From Candidatus Heimdallarchaeota archaeon B3_Heim (GTDB lineage: Archaea; Asgardarchaeota; Heimdallarchaeia; Hodarchaeales; Hodarchaeaceae): a DNA stretch of 6,483 nt. Made by a program: the position numbers and the translations under genes. The notes under the pieces were generated by a model. That model had not been told where the DNA came from, did no database searches, and worked only from the letters and a program-made list of their open reading frames with translations. How positions within the stretch are numbered: position 1 is the stretch's first letter; every line of letters begins with the position of its first letter. This document shows positions 6,317 to 6,483 of this stretch, piece after piece. The stretch covers positions 1-6,483 of the forward strand of contig NJBF01000094.1 of the NCBI GenBank assembly GCA_003144275.1, given 5' to 3'.

Positions 6317-6352
6317 CGTAAAAGGCTGATTTAGATTAGAAAAGGATATACG
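6317..6352 (+). repeat. 36-bp repeat, copy 8
   Basis: cgtaaaaggctgatttagattagaaaaggatatacg; 34/36. Confidence 0.95.
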
Positions 6353-6453
6353 CGGGTGAGATGTGCGCGAAATTTTATTTTTTGTTGTTTTGACATTTCG
6401 GGGAAGAGTGGACTGTAATAATCCGACAATAATATGATTATTATTGAACAAGA

Positions 6454-6483
6454 GAGGTGAGGAGAACATTTGACCAAAAATGA
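6454..6483 (+). other. Probable RBS and start of a gene running off the right edge
   Basis: GAGGTGA (6454-6460) and GGAG (6461-6464) precede TTG at 6470 (TTG ACC AAA AAT GA...). An alternative ATG lies at 6480. Confidence 0.35.

Larger units (their letters stand above)
203..6352 (+). mobile_element. Putative gene-cassette array: gene modules separated by direct copies of a 36-bp site (integron-like layout, non-attC site)
   Basis: Eight same-orientation copies (7 full, 1 half), every one intergenic. Start-to-start spacings are 1085, 73, 1352, 962, 647, 924 and 1071 bp. Each long interval holds exactly one gene or one toxin-antitoxin operon. Mobility is inferred, since no recombinase is present in the window. 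Confidence 0.7.

Noticed and set aside
203-6352. CRISPR array (36-bp repeats, one 37-bp interval)
   Set aside because: All other intervals are about 0.6-1.3 kb and hold whole genes. The repeats are diverged, the one short spacer is made of repeat-flank sequence, and no cas gene is present.
6287-6469. 60-aa minus-strand ORF sharing ISFSNLNQPFT with ORF 2635-2940, suggesting a repeated peptide
   Set aside because: The shared peptide is simply the repeat read on the minus strand. Substitutions among copies in that frame are mostly non-synonymous, and several frames stop soon afterwards.

Overview
AT-rich window that looks archaeal, judged from BRE/TATA-like promoters, GAGGT-type ribosome-binding sites, archaeal-style VapBC pairs and a surface protein with a Thr-rich stalk and C-terminal anchor. 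An Asgard/Heimdallarchaeia-like origin is my inference. The dominant structure is a cassette array. A non-palindromic 36-bp sequence (consensus CGTAAAAGGCTGGTTTAGATTAGAAAAGKATATACC) occurs 7 times in full (203, 1288, 2713, 3675, 4322, 5246, 6317) and once as a left half-site (1361). All copies are on the same strand, have no indels and fall exactly between gene units. Each interval holds one self-contained module in either orientation: an SDR oxidoreductase (+), an empty 37-bp interval, a higher-GC secreted tandem-domain surface protein (-), antitoxin-PIN toxin pair 1 (+), a multi-TM membrane protein (-), pair 2 (-) and pair 3 (+). The layout is integron-like, but the repeat is not an attC hairpin, a dif site or a normal CRISPR array. 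No recombinase is encoded in the window.
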